Assembly (NCBI RefSeq): GCF_900142645.1
Contig: NZ_FRBP01000008.1
Coordinates: forward strand, 6,743 to 30,742
Origin: Eubacterium callanderi
GTDB taxonomy: Bacteria; Bacillota; Clostridia; Eubacteriales; Eubacteriaceae
Direction of reading: 5' to 3'
DNA length: 24,000 nt
Shown here: positions 1 through 7,229 of the stretch, one piece after another
How the letters are laid out: every line of letters begins with the position of its first letter
How positions within the stretch are numbered: position 1 is the stretch's first letter
Program-made: the position numbers and the translations under genes
The notes under the pieces: model-generated
What the model saw: the letters and a program-made list of their open reading frames with translations, nothing else
Database searches by the model: none
Told to the model about the DNA's origin: nothing

Positions 1-76
1 ACAGAAAAAATTGAAAGGGGCAAGCCCCTTAGACCCCAAAACCCCAAAAATCTAACAATATCCTAAGGAGAAAAAA

Positions 77-358
77 ATGACAAAAGTCAAAGAAAGTTAT
101 GAGGAAGAATTAACCACTGTGTTATCTGCCATGCTTGGTTGCGAAGCGGATGATGTAATGGATCTTTTCAAATCAAAAGACTGTGATCTTATAGAATTGG
201 CAGCACAGGCTGTATCAGAAAATGCATCAGCCTCAAGGGATTATGAAGTGAGCCTTGAGAATCTTAAAAAAGAAATTAATGATCAGGAAGAATGGAGAGA
301 AACATTTGAATCGGAGGGATACATCGGCTCTAACGAGATAGATGAAGATGGGCGGTAA
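77..358 (+). CDS. small strongly acidic hypothetical protein (93 aa; 26 D/E vs 9 K/R by hand count)
   Basis: ORF preceded by AAGGAG Shine-Dalgarno 7 nt before the ATG (ctAAGGAGaaaaaaaATG). No family recognised. Sits upstream of a conjugative-element-type Toprim gene. Confidence 0.5.
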   Translation: MTKVKESYEEELTTVLSAMLGCEADDVMDLFKSKDCDLIELAAQAVSENASASRDYEVSLENLKKEINDQEEWRETFESEGYIGSNEIDEDGR

Positions 359-374
359 AATGTAGAATACACTG

Positions 375-440
375 CCGGTCACGTGACCGGAAGTCGTGCA
401 TCCCGCTATTTGAGTAGGTTTGAGCCGGTTTAAAAAAATG
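375..440. repeat. copy 1 of repeated intergenic module: perfect 16-bp palindrome CCGGTCACGTGACCGG (375-390) + AAGTCGTG, then TTAAAAAAATG at 430-440
   Basis: Read directly. A second copy lies at 2125-2190 with identical 55-nt spacing from palindrome start to TTAAAAAAATG. Starts 17 nt after the stop codon of the 77-358 ORF. No U-tract follows the hairpin. Confidence 0.7.
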
Positions 441-472
441 CTTAATGTTTAAATGATTATGGAGGTATCATT

Positions 473-790
473 ATGAAATACAAGAATATGGCCCAGAAAG
501 AAGCTCAACTGAATGAAAAGGAAGCCTACCTTAAACAGTGGGAAGCAGAACTTAATAAAAGAGAAGAAGGGCTTAATTATCGACACAATGAAATACAAAA
601 AACGGCTGATTTTTTAAGTGTAAGGATCGAAAAATTTAATGAACAGTTAGGAAAAGCACAAAAATCTTATATGGCAAAACGACAGCAGTTATCCGCATGG
701 GAATGTAAATTAAAAATAATAGAAAGGAATATTGGCATTCCGGACTATGAAACAAATAACGTTCATGGATATATACCCACAGAACGATAA
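473..790 (+). CDS. coiled-coil hypothetical protein (105 aa)
   Basis: GGAGG Shine-Dalgarno (tatGGAGGtatcattATG). K/E/Q/L-rich heptad-like sequence (AQLNEKEAYLKQWEAELNKREEGL). No enzymatic motif. Confidence 0.55.
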   Translation: MKYKNMAQKEAQLNEKEAYLKQWEAELNKREEGLNYRHNEIQKTADFLSVRIEKFNEQLGKAQKSYMAKRQQLSAWECKLKIIERNIGIPDYETNNVHGYIPTER

Positions 791-953
791 ATGCTCAAAA
801 ATAAGAAAAGTATCCAGCAATGCTTTTTTTCTTGATGAAAATAAAAACATATCCTATGCGTCTAAATGCAATGATTGCAGGTTTGACTGTAAACAGAGTT
901 ATCGTGCTAAGATAATCTGTTGCCCTAAATATAGAAGTAAAAATAAAATCTAA
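732..953 (+). CDS. possible small Cys-rich protein (73 aa from TTG; 6 Cys, KCNDCRFDCKQ...IICCPKY)
   Basis: ORF overlaps the 3' end of 473-790 in another frame. An intrinsic terminator (983-1007) lies 30 nt after its stop, which suggests transcription runs through it. The SD is weak and the start is uncertain (TTG 732, ATG 747 or ATG 765). Confidence 0.3.
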   Translation: MAFRTMKQITFMDIYPQNDKCSKIRKVSSNAFFLDENKNISYASKCNDCRFDCKQSYRAKIICCPKYRSKNKI

Positions 954-982
954 AAAAATAGCCTTTTCTTGCACTAAATTTT

Positions 983-1007
983 ATCACTCAGTTGAGTGAT
1001 TTTTTTA
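983..1007 (+). terminator. rho-independent terminator
   Basis: ATCACTCA-gt-TGAGTGAT stem (983-1000) followed by T7 (1001-1007). Confidence 0.75.
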
Positions 1008-1032
1008 TTGTCTAAATACAGGAGGAAGATCA

Positions 1033-2121
1033 ATGCGGTATCAAGAGAAAGTTCAAATAGCAAACACAATGTCAATTTTTGAATATTGTCAGTTAATTGG
1101 CTTTGAGCTCAAGAAAGTCGGCAGTGATTATAAGCATCCAGACCCGCAAGGGGATTGGAATGGTCTTAATGTTACTTTGGACGGTTGGGGTTGGAAAAAC
1201 TTCTCGCCGGACAGTGTTGCATTTGACCGTGGCGGCCCGATTCTCTTTGTCCGTTGGCTGCATGAAGTTCAAACTGGTGAAGCCTATGATCAAGTAGAAG
1301 CTATCAATGAAATGGTAAAACTCAAAGGTTATGACTTGTCCGAAGAAATTTCAAAAAAGGATTATCAAGCATTGATCCGCCAAAATATAGGCAATACGAA
1401 AAAGAGATGGGAAAACAAGGAAAGCAGAATAAATCAAAAGAAAGAATTTAAACTGCCTCCCAAAAGCAATACCTACAATCGGCTTTTTGCTTATTTAACA
1501 AAGAAAAGAATGCTGGATAAAGCTTTTGTTCAAAAGCTCGTAGATCACCATGTTCTTTATGAAAGTGGTGATTTTCACAATTGTGTGTTTCTTTACAAAA
1601 ATTTCAATCAGGAAATCGTTGGTGCATTCTTGCGAGGAACCTATGACCGTGGTGGAAAGAAATTCCAGAAATGTATTGGGGATGATGAAAAATATGGTTT
1701 TGAAATAAAAGGAATAAACGACCGGATGCGAATCTTTGAATCGCCTATTGATCTTCTCAGCAGAATGACCATATTTAAAACATTTGCACCACATCGACTT
1801 AAAACAGCGCTAGAAGATACATGGTTTAGTATGAACGGATTAAAGCATGAGAAAGTTTTTCATTATCTGGAAAATCATCCGGAAATCAATGTTGTTGTAT
1901 TGTCCGTTGATAATGATCCACCAGATAAATTTGGAAAAAGAAGAGGGCCTGATTTTTGTATTAAATTCAAGGAACTGATCGAAGAAAAATATCCTGGAAG
2001 ATATGAACTAAAAATAGATACTCCAAAATACACAAAGGATTGGAATGAAGATTTAGTTTATATGAAAACCCAAAGCTTATCAATACATACACAAAATATA
2101 GAATGTGCGGCTGAGAGATAA
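1033..2121 (+). CDS. DUF3991/Toprim domain protein (primase-like, conjugative-element type), 362 aa
   Basis: Strong SD (acAGGAGGaagatcaATG). The central region VDHHVLYESGDFHNCVFLYKNFNQEIVGAFLRGT resembles DUF3991. The C-terminal RIFESPIDLLS...VVVLSVDNDPPDKFGKRRG resembles the Toprim acidic motif (E...DxD). This architecture is typical of Firmicutes ICE/plasmid genes. Confidence 0.75.
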   Translation: MRYQEKVQIANTMSIFEYCQLIGFELKKVGSDYKHPDPQGDWNGLNVTLDGWGWKNFSPDSVAFDRGGPILFVRWLHEVQTGEAYDQVEAINEMVKLKGYDLSEEISKKDYQALIRQNIGNTKKRWENKESRINQKKEFKLPPKSNTYNRLFAYLTKKRMLDKAFVQKLVDHHVLYESGDFHNCVFLYKNFNQEIVGAFLRGTYDRGGKKFQKCIGDDEKYGFEIKGINDRMRIFESPIDLLSRMTIFKTFAPHRLKTALEDTWFSMNGLKHEKVFHYLENHPEINVVVLSVDNDPPDKFGKRRGPDFCIKFKELIEEKYPGRYELKIDTPKYTKDWNEDLVYMKTQSLSIHTQNIECAAER

Positions 2122-2124
2122 TAA

Positions 2125-2190
2125 CCGGTCACGTGACCGAAAGTCTTGAAAGCCCCATAAATAAAGACATAGAAGCATATTAAAAAAATG
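2125..2190. repeat. copy 2 of repeated intergenic module: CCGGTCACGTGACCG(A) + AAGTCTTG, then TTAAAAAAATG at 2180-2190
   Basis: Read directly. 22 of the first 24 nt are identical to copy 1, and the distal TTAAAAAAATG box is at the same 55-nt offset. Starts 4 nt after the Toprim gene stop. Confidence 0.7.
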
Positions 2191-2275
2191 GCTAAGGTCT
2201 ATTTAAGCATAGAAAGGGGGGATGAAAATTGTAAAAATAGCGTAAGAGGGATGTTTCAAAAAGAGCATATTTATG

Positions 2276-2304
2276 TTGACTATGTAACAAAATGAGCGTA
2301 AAAT
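2276..2304 (+). promoter_or_regulatory. sigma-A-type promoter candidate for the surface protein gene
   Basis: TTGACT (2276-2281), 17-nt spacer, TAAAAT (2299-2304), about 70 nt upstream of the ATG at 2372. Confidence 0.45.
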
Positions 2305-2322
2305 ATAACTATGATTTTACGC
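2296..2322. promoter_or_regulatory. 9-bp perfect inverted repeat overlapping the -10 box (operator candidate)
   Basis: GCGTAAAAT (2296-2304), 9-nt spacer, ATTTTACGC (2314-2322). The left arm contains the putative -10 TAAAAT. Confidence 0.4.
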
Positions 2323-2371
2323 GAGAATTCAAAAATTAACGATTTAAATTCAAGAAAGAAGGAAATAAAAA

Positions 2372-5300
2372 ATGAAGAACAATAATGAAGTATCAAGCGT
2401 AATCAAATCAGCAAAGAAAGTAGCTATCGGAGCAGGCGTTGTTAGTGGCGTGGCAGCATTCTCAGTATTGTCAGGTGGGCAAGTATTAGCAGAAGAATTA
2501 CCCGCAGATCAGGCAAACCTGGAAATGGTCGTAACCGAAGAGGCACAGCAGGAAGTTAATAACGTATCAAACGAAGAGCTGGCAGCAGCTAATGAGGTCA
2601 TTGCCAACAGCGTTGAAGACACTAACGTTGAAGCAGAGACGTCCGATTTGGCAGACACACAAACAGAAGCGTCCGCCAATGATGAAGACTATTCTTGTTC
2701 AGAAGAACCAGAATATGAAAAAGACACCTCTTATGCGGAAGATGCCGGATACGGGGAAGAGGATTCATACACTGAGGACACTGGTTTTGAAGATGAATTG
2801 ATTGAGGACAGCAATGCTTCAGCAGACGAAGAAATCGTAGATGATACGATGGAAACACCGGATACAGACATCAATACCGATCAGTCCATTGAGAATGATC
2901 TCGCAAACGATCTGGTGCAGCCACCAGTAGATGCGTCCACCGATAAAACAATTCAGGATGAAAACAGCACAGATAAAGACACAAGTGATCTGGACGCAGA
3001 CAAAACCGATGGTGAACAAATTCAGGATGAAAAAACAGATGCCGAAGTAAAGGAGGATGATAAAACTCCAACGGTAACTGAGGACAATAAAGTTAAAGAC
3101 GAGATCAAAAATAAAGAGGAAAAGGAACAAGGAAATATGATAGTAGATTCAAATGTACAGAACACAACTGTACAGGACGCCCAAGTTCAGGCAGCCCAGA
3201 ATACGCAGCAGTTCATAGAAGCCGCAATGCAGACGGCCCAGAACTATGGCCAGAGTTTAACCCAGAAAGATATTGTGGATCTGTATAACAAGTACGTGTC
3301 CCCATATCATGACGCATCGAAGGAAGGCGACCTGTTTGCAATGATTGAAGAAACCTATAATGCAGACGGCACCTTGTCGCAGCAGAGCCAGGAAGCCGCA
3401 TTAGGACTCATTAACTTTTTCCGTGCGCTTTGTGGACTCGGTGAAGTGACGATTTCTCAAGACGATAATAAATATGCCCAGGCCGGTTCCGACTATCTGG
3501 CAGACACAAACTTTGAAAGCGGTAACCCACATAACGCGGCTGATGGCAGTGGAAACGAGGACGCGATCAAAGGGCTGCACTCGTCCAATATTTCCATGGG
3601 CAGCCATGGTTACAGCATTTACGATCTATTACTCATGCAGTTTGGTGATGATGATGATCAAAATGGGACTTCCCTCGGTCACCGCAGATGGTTACTCGAC
3701 CCCGATTTGAAGACTGTGGGCTTTGGAGCAGCCAAAGGAAATAGCTGGAAGTATTTTGTGCTGACCTACACGGCAGCCGACAATCCAGACCGGGAAAATG
3801 TCGCATTCCCTAATAACGGTTTCTTCCCCATTGAAGCGTTGATCAGCAGTTCAACCATGTACGGTGCCCCTTTCAACGTATCTCTGGGAACAGACTATAA
3901 AGTCACCAGCCCAAGCGGTATGAAAGTGACCATCACAAAAGATGATGGCACGACCACTGAATTTAATTATGTCAGCTCAAGCTCCAATCCGGATTTTAAT
4001 GATAACTGGTGGACAGTCAACACGGGTGGTTATGGCAGCGGCTCCGCCATTATCATCAACCCATCCTACAGCTGGTTAGGCGATTATCAAGCCCTTGCCG
4101 GTCATTCGTTCACTGTCACCATTACTGGACTAACCGATAAAGATGGCAACCCGGCTACCATCACCTATACCATCAACTTCTTCTCATTGCAGCAGGCCAT
4201 TAAAGACCAGGCAGCGGATCGGGAAGCCGCGCAGAAGGTGACGGATCAGATTAACGGGATTAAACCAACAGATGAGCTTACCTATAAAGATTATGATCCT
4301 GTAAAAACAATTGAATCGGCCTACAATGGTTTGACCGCATCTCAGAAGGATTATGTTTCTCAGAACAGCGTCCAGAAGCTCACTGAAGCTGTTCAGAAAG
4401 TCACAGAACTGAAAGCGAATCATGAAGCCGATCAGAAAGCAGCAGACGCAGTAAAAGCCGCCATCAACCAGATACCAGCAGACGTTACACTGGACGCCGA
4501 AGACAGTGCCATCTCAGCTCGAGAAAAATACGATCAGCTGACACAGGATCAGAAAAATCTGGTCGATAACTACCAGAAGCTGACCGATGCGGAATCAACC
4601 ATCGAAGCACTGAAGAAAGAACAGGCAGAAAATCAGGCAGCGGCACAGAAGGTAACCGACCTGATCAATGCTCTGCCGGATACCATTACCTTGGAAAACA
4701 AAGCAGCGGTTGAAGAAGCAAGAGCCGCCTATGATGCACTAAACGATAAGGCAGAAGCCATGGTCAGCAGCCAGACCGTAAGTAAGCTGACCTCAGCAGA
4801 GTCAAAAATTGCTCAGCTCGAAAAAGAAGCCAATGACCTGAAAGAAGCGTCCAAAGTGATCAATCAGATCAATACCCTGCCAGGCGTTAATGACATTGAG
4901 CTTGAGGATGAAGCTGAAATCGTAGCTGCCAGAGCCGCTTATGCCGGTTTAACGGATGATCAGAAAGCCATTGTTGAAAAAGAAGGCGCAGTGAAGACCC
5001 TTGCCAATGCGGAAAAGAAACTGGCCGAAGTCAAGCTTCAGCATATGCAGGACGAAGAAGCGGTTAAAACGGTCACCGAGGCGATCAATGCATTACCGGG
5101 TACGGACGCGTTAGAGCTGAGCGATGAAGCAGCTGTCAACGACGCGGCGAATCTCTACAATGCCATGACCGACACTCAGAAGGATATGATGGATCTGGCC
5201 GTTGTTCAGAAATTGGAAGATGCAAAAACCCAGATGGCCAAACTCATTGAACAACACAAGATTGATGTTGAAGCCGCAAAAACGGTCACTGATCAGATCA

Positions 5301-6295
5301 ACAGCTTACCTTCAATTGTAGATCGTGATGCGGAAACAGCGGTGACAGAAGCCAGCGAAGCCTATAACGGATTAACCGATACCCAGAAAGCATTAGTCGA
5401 TCCAGCTGCCGTTAACAAACTGGAAGCTGCGGTTAAGGTTATTGACAATATTCATACCGCAGACGCGGTTACCGATCAGATTGAAGCGTTACCCTCGGTC
5501 GATGATTTAACCTTAGAAAACCGAGAGGCTGTGAAAGCTGCTGTTAATGCCTATAATGCCCTGACCGACGAACAGAAACAGTACATGGATGCCAATGCCA
5601 AAGCTGCTCTTGACAGCCTGGTACATCAGATTGACGTGCTTGACGTTGAAAATGTGACGAATATCATCAATAGCCTCAAGGATCTTGATGATCTGACACT
5701 GGAAGACAAAGAAGCCGTACAGCGCGCATCCGACGCCTACGACGCACTTTCTCCTGAAGCCAAAGCAATGATGGACAAAGAAGTCTATGATAAACTGGAT
5801 CAGGCCGAAGATAAAATCACCGATCTGGAAGACGAACAAGCAGCCGATCAGGTTGAAACAGTGGTCGGCGCGCTGAAAAATCCGGGTGAACTCACACTGG
5901 ATGATAAAGGCGCAGTCTATGCAGCTAGAGACATGTATAATGCACTCTCCGAAAATGCGAAATCTAAAGTTGATCCTGCCGTGGTGCAGAAGTTAGCCGA
6001 ACTGGTGAAACAGATGGATCAATTAGTTGCTGATAATGAAGCCGCACAAAATCCAGGACAAGATGGAAATGGCGGAGCCGGTAATGTGAATGATGGCAGC
6101 AACGGTGGAGCTGGTGGTTCGACAACCGGCACTGGCACCGTCGTTGATCAGAACGGTACGGATAATGGTACAAACGGTCCGAATACCGGGATCAGCCAGA
6201 CAAGCAGCACTGGATTAATCGCCAGCATTCTCGCATTGTTCGGAATTGGCGGTGCTGGTTTATTCGCCAGAAGAAAACGTAAAGCCAGCAAATAA
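2372..6295 (+). CDS. large secreted surface protein: signal peptide, D/E/T-rich acidic region, CAP/SCP (PR-1-like) domain, beta-rich domain, nine helical repeats, G/N-rich linker, C-terminal GPNTG + TM + RRKRKASK anchor (1307 aa)
   Basis: SD aaGAAGGAaataaaaaATG. N-terminal KKVAIGAGVVSGVAAFSVLSGGQVLA signal. CAP-like block LINFFRALCGL...GHRRWLLDP...VGFG (about 3400-3780). Repeats from about 4190. The C-terminal hydrophobic segment plus basic tail has cell-wall sorting signal geometry. Confidence 0.9.
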   Translation: MKNNNEVSSVIKSAKKVAIGAGVVSGVAAFSVLSGGQVLAEELPADQANLEMVVTEEAQQEVNNVSNEELAAANEVIANSVEDTNVEAETSDLADTQTEASANDEDYSCSEEPEYEKDTSYAEDAGYGEEDSYTEDTGFEDELIEDSNASADEEIVDDTMETPDTDINTDQSIENDLANDLVQPPVDASTDKTIQDENSTDKDTSDLDADKTDGEQIQDEKTDAEVKEDDKTPTVTEDNKVKDEIKNKEEKEQGNMIVDSNVQNTTVQDAQVQAAQNTQQFIEAAMQTAQNYGQSLTQKDIVDLYNKYVSPYHDASKEGDLFAMIEETYNADGTLSQQSQEAALGLINFFRALCGLGEVTISQDDNKYAQAGSDYLADTNFESGNPHNAADGSGNEDAIKGLHSSNISMGSHGYSIYDLLLMQFGDDDDQNGTSLGHRRWLLDPDLKTVGFGAAKGNSWKYFVLTYTAADNPDRENVAFPNNGFFPIEALISSSTMYGAPFNVSLGTDYKVTSPSGMKVTITKDDGTTTEFNYVSSSSNPDFNDNWWTVNTGGYGSGSAIIINPSYSWLGDYQALAGHSFTVTITGLTDKDGNPATITYTINFFSLQQAIKDQAADREAAQKVTDQINGIKPTDELTYKDYDPVKTIESAYNGLTASQKDYVSQNSVQKLTEAVQKVTELKANHEADQKAADAVKAAINQIPADVTLDAEDSAISAREKYDQLTQDQKNLVDNYQKLTDAESTIEALKKEQAENQAAAQKVTDLINALPDTITLENKAAVEEARAAYDALNDKAEAMVSSQTVSKLTSAESKIAQLEKEANDLKEASKVINQINTLPGVNDIELEDEAEIVAARAAYAGLTDDQKAIVEKEGAVKTLANAEKKLAEVKLQHMQDEEAVKTVTEAINALPGTDALELSDEAAVNDAANLYNAMTDTQKDMMDLAVVQKLEDAKTQMAKLIEQHKIDVEAAKTVTDQINSLPSIVDRDAETAVTEASEAYNGLTDTQKALVDPAAVNKLEAAVKVIDNIHTADAVTDQIEALPSVDDLTLENREAVKAAVNAYNALTDEQKQYMDANAKAALDSLVHQIDVLDVENVTNIINSLKDLDDLTLEDKEAVQRASDAYDALSPEAKAMMDKEVYDKLDQAEDKITDLEDEQAADQVETVVGALKNPGELTLDDKGAVYAARDMYNALSENAKSKVDPAVVQKLAELVKQMDQLVADNEAAQNPGQDGNGGAGNVNDGSNGGAGGSTTGTGTVVDQNGTDNGTNGPNTGISQTSSTGLIASILALFGIGGAGLFARRKRKASK
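4190..6050 (+). repeat. nine diverged in-frame tandem repeats (about 195-215 nt; 65-70 aa) inside the surface protein gene
   Basis: Recurrent pattern A-x-x-V-x-x-x-I-x-x-L-P...(I/L)-T-L-x-D-x-x-x-V-x-x-A-x-x-x-Y-x-x-L-(T/S)-x-x-Q-K...KL-x-x-A-x-x-x-I, e.g. AAQKVTDLINALPDTITLENKAAVEEARAAYDALNDKAEAMV. Repeats are similar at protein level and diverged at DNA level. Confidence 0.8.
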
Positions 6296-6319
6296 AAAGC
6301 AGAAATGGACAAAAAACTT

Positions 6320-6344
6320 AAAAAAGGCGCATTGCGCCTTTTTT
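6320..6344. terminator. bidirectional rho-independent terminator between convergent genes
   Basis: A6-GGCGC-att-GCGCC-T6. The A-run on one side and T-run on the other can serve both the + strand surface gene (stop 6295) and the - strand epimerase gene (stop 6502). Confidence 0.75.
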
Positions 6345-6501
6345 CATTTTTTGCGTTGAAGTGATTTGATATTTCAAAATATAATAAATCTAGGTACCTG
6401 AAACAGAATTTTTAATATAAACAATCCGTTTCAAGAGTGGCTTCTTATTATAAAGGTTTGATCTATGCTAAGTTAATGTTGGAAGGTGATTTTAAGTTGG
6501 A

Positions 6502-7104
6502 CTAAAGATTACTAAAAAAATCCCTACCAATTACAACCTTTTTTACGCCAGCAGATAAAAGGGTTTTGGCTCGCTTAAAAGAAATGCCTCCATCAGTCCA
6601 GATTGCCTGTTGAGGGAAATCTTGACTAGCTTTTTTAATTTTATCGACCATAGTGTCAATAAAACACTGGTTTTTTCCATCAGGTTCGCTAGTCATTAAC
6701 AAAATCGAATGACAACGTTGGATAAGATATGCATAATTGTTAAGAGCAGTAAAAGGCAAAAAGGCCAACCCAGCGGTTATATTATTTTCCTCAAAAAGAG
6801 AAAGAACTTCTGCAATATGTTGGGTGGATTCAGCATGAAAAAAGACACTACATGGGCTGAGCTTTTTCAGAAGTGGAAGGTAGGCCACTGGTTCCGTGAC
6901 CATCAAATGAACATTAAAATGAAGAGGACTCACATTGCGAAGGGACAATAATGTTCTCTCTCCAAAAGTGATATTATGGATAAAATTACCATCTTCAATA
7001 TCAAGATGAAGTTCAGAATACCCTTTTTGTTCCACTAATTCTGCTTCAGTGCCAAGACAGAGTTGATTGGCCGAAGCCAGCGATGGTATGATGTAGTTTT
7101 GCAT
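6502..7104 (-). CDS. ribulose-phosphate 3-epimerase family protein (SgcE/AlsE-like ketose-phosphate 3-epimerase), 200 aa
   Basis: AAGGAGG SD 5 nt before the ATG. N-terminal IIPSLASAN...HLDIEDGNFIHNITFG matches the RPE family H-x-D-x-x-DG-x-F signature. C-terminal DGGI...GRDFF is typical of the phosphate-binding end of the barrel. Confidence 0.8.
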   Translation of the reverse strand: MQNYIIPSLASANQLCLGTEAELVEQKGYSELHLDIEDGNFIHNITFGERTLLSLRNVSPLHFNVHLMVTEPVAYLPLLKKLSPCSVFFHAESTQHIAEVLSLFEENNITAGLAFLPFTALNNYAYLIQRCHSILLMTSEPDGKNQCFIDTMVDKIKKASQDFPQQAIWTDGGISFKRAKTLLSAGVKKVVIGRDFFSNL

Positions 7105-7153
7105 AAAAACCTCCTTGATAATTTATTGATTACAGCATATCAGATCTCTTTTT

Positions 7154-7178
7154 ATTTTTCAGGGGTCAATTTTTCAGG
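7154..7178. promoter_or_regulatory. two perfect 10-bp direct repeats ATTTTTCAGG (7154-7163, 7169-7178) in the divergent control region
   Basis: Read directly, with 15-bp periodicity. They lie just upstream of the putative -35 of the regulator/PTS operon and within the putative epimerase promoter on the other strand. Confidence 0.35.
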
Positions 7179-7200
7179 AAAAAGTTTAAAAAAATGAATA

Positions 7201-7229
7201 TTGTGTAAATACGTCTCGGGCATTATGAT
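7201..7229 (+). promoter_or_regulatory. weak sigma-A-type promoter candidate for the PTS operon
   Basis: TTGTGT (7201-7206), 17-nt spacer, TATGAT (7224-7229), 41 nt upstream of the ATG at 7270. Confidence 0.3.

Noticed and set aside
1093-1794. Short ORFs on both strands within the Toprim gene (1093-1293 minus, 1097-1297 plus, 1495-1794 minus).
   Set aside because: They are embedded in a well-supported 362-aa ORF and their sequences are implausible. They are off-frame artefacts.
2188-2295. 35-codon ORF (MAKVYLSIERGDENCKNSV...) starting at the ATG of the TTAAAAAAATG box in module copy 2.
   Set aside because: There is no SD. In copy 1 the equivalent ATG opens only a 4-codon frame, so the conserved box is unlikely to be a translation start.
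2819-3130. Antisense or alternative-frame ORFs inside the CAP-repeat surface gene (2592-2801, 2622-2858, 2819-3130, 2871-3071, 3213-3401, 3401-3607, 3474-3710, 4184-4423, 5513-5839, 5964-6173).
   Set aside because: They are embedded in a 1307-aa ORF with signal peptide, CAP motifs and anchor. Their translations are Cys/Phe/His-rich nonsense typical of off-frame reads.
6359-6367. 9-nt direct match AAGTGATTT at 6359-6367 and 14074-14082. Each lies just past a terminator at the two edges of the AT-rich PTS island, so they are possible att or target-site duplication remnants.
   Set aside because: The match is only 9 contiguous nt in AT-rich DNA, the flanks diverge immediately, and no integrase or recombinase is nearby. 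This could easily be chance. I kept it only as a note under the composition finding.
6709-6951. 80-aa + strand ORF antisense to the epimerase gene.
   Set aside because: The opposite strand encodes a protein with clear RPE-family motifs and a strong SD. The + strand ORF has no SD or recognisable motif.
7127-7142. cre-like palindrome TGATTACAGCATATCA near the epimerase start.
   Set aside because: It matches only the outer TGAT/ATCA of the CcpA cre consensus and lacks the central CG core. That is too weak to call.
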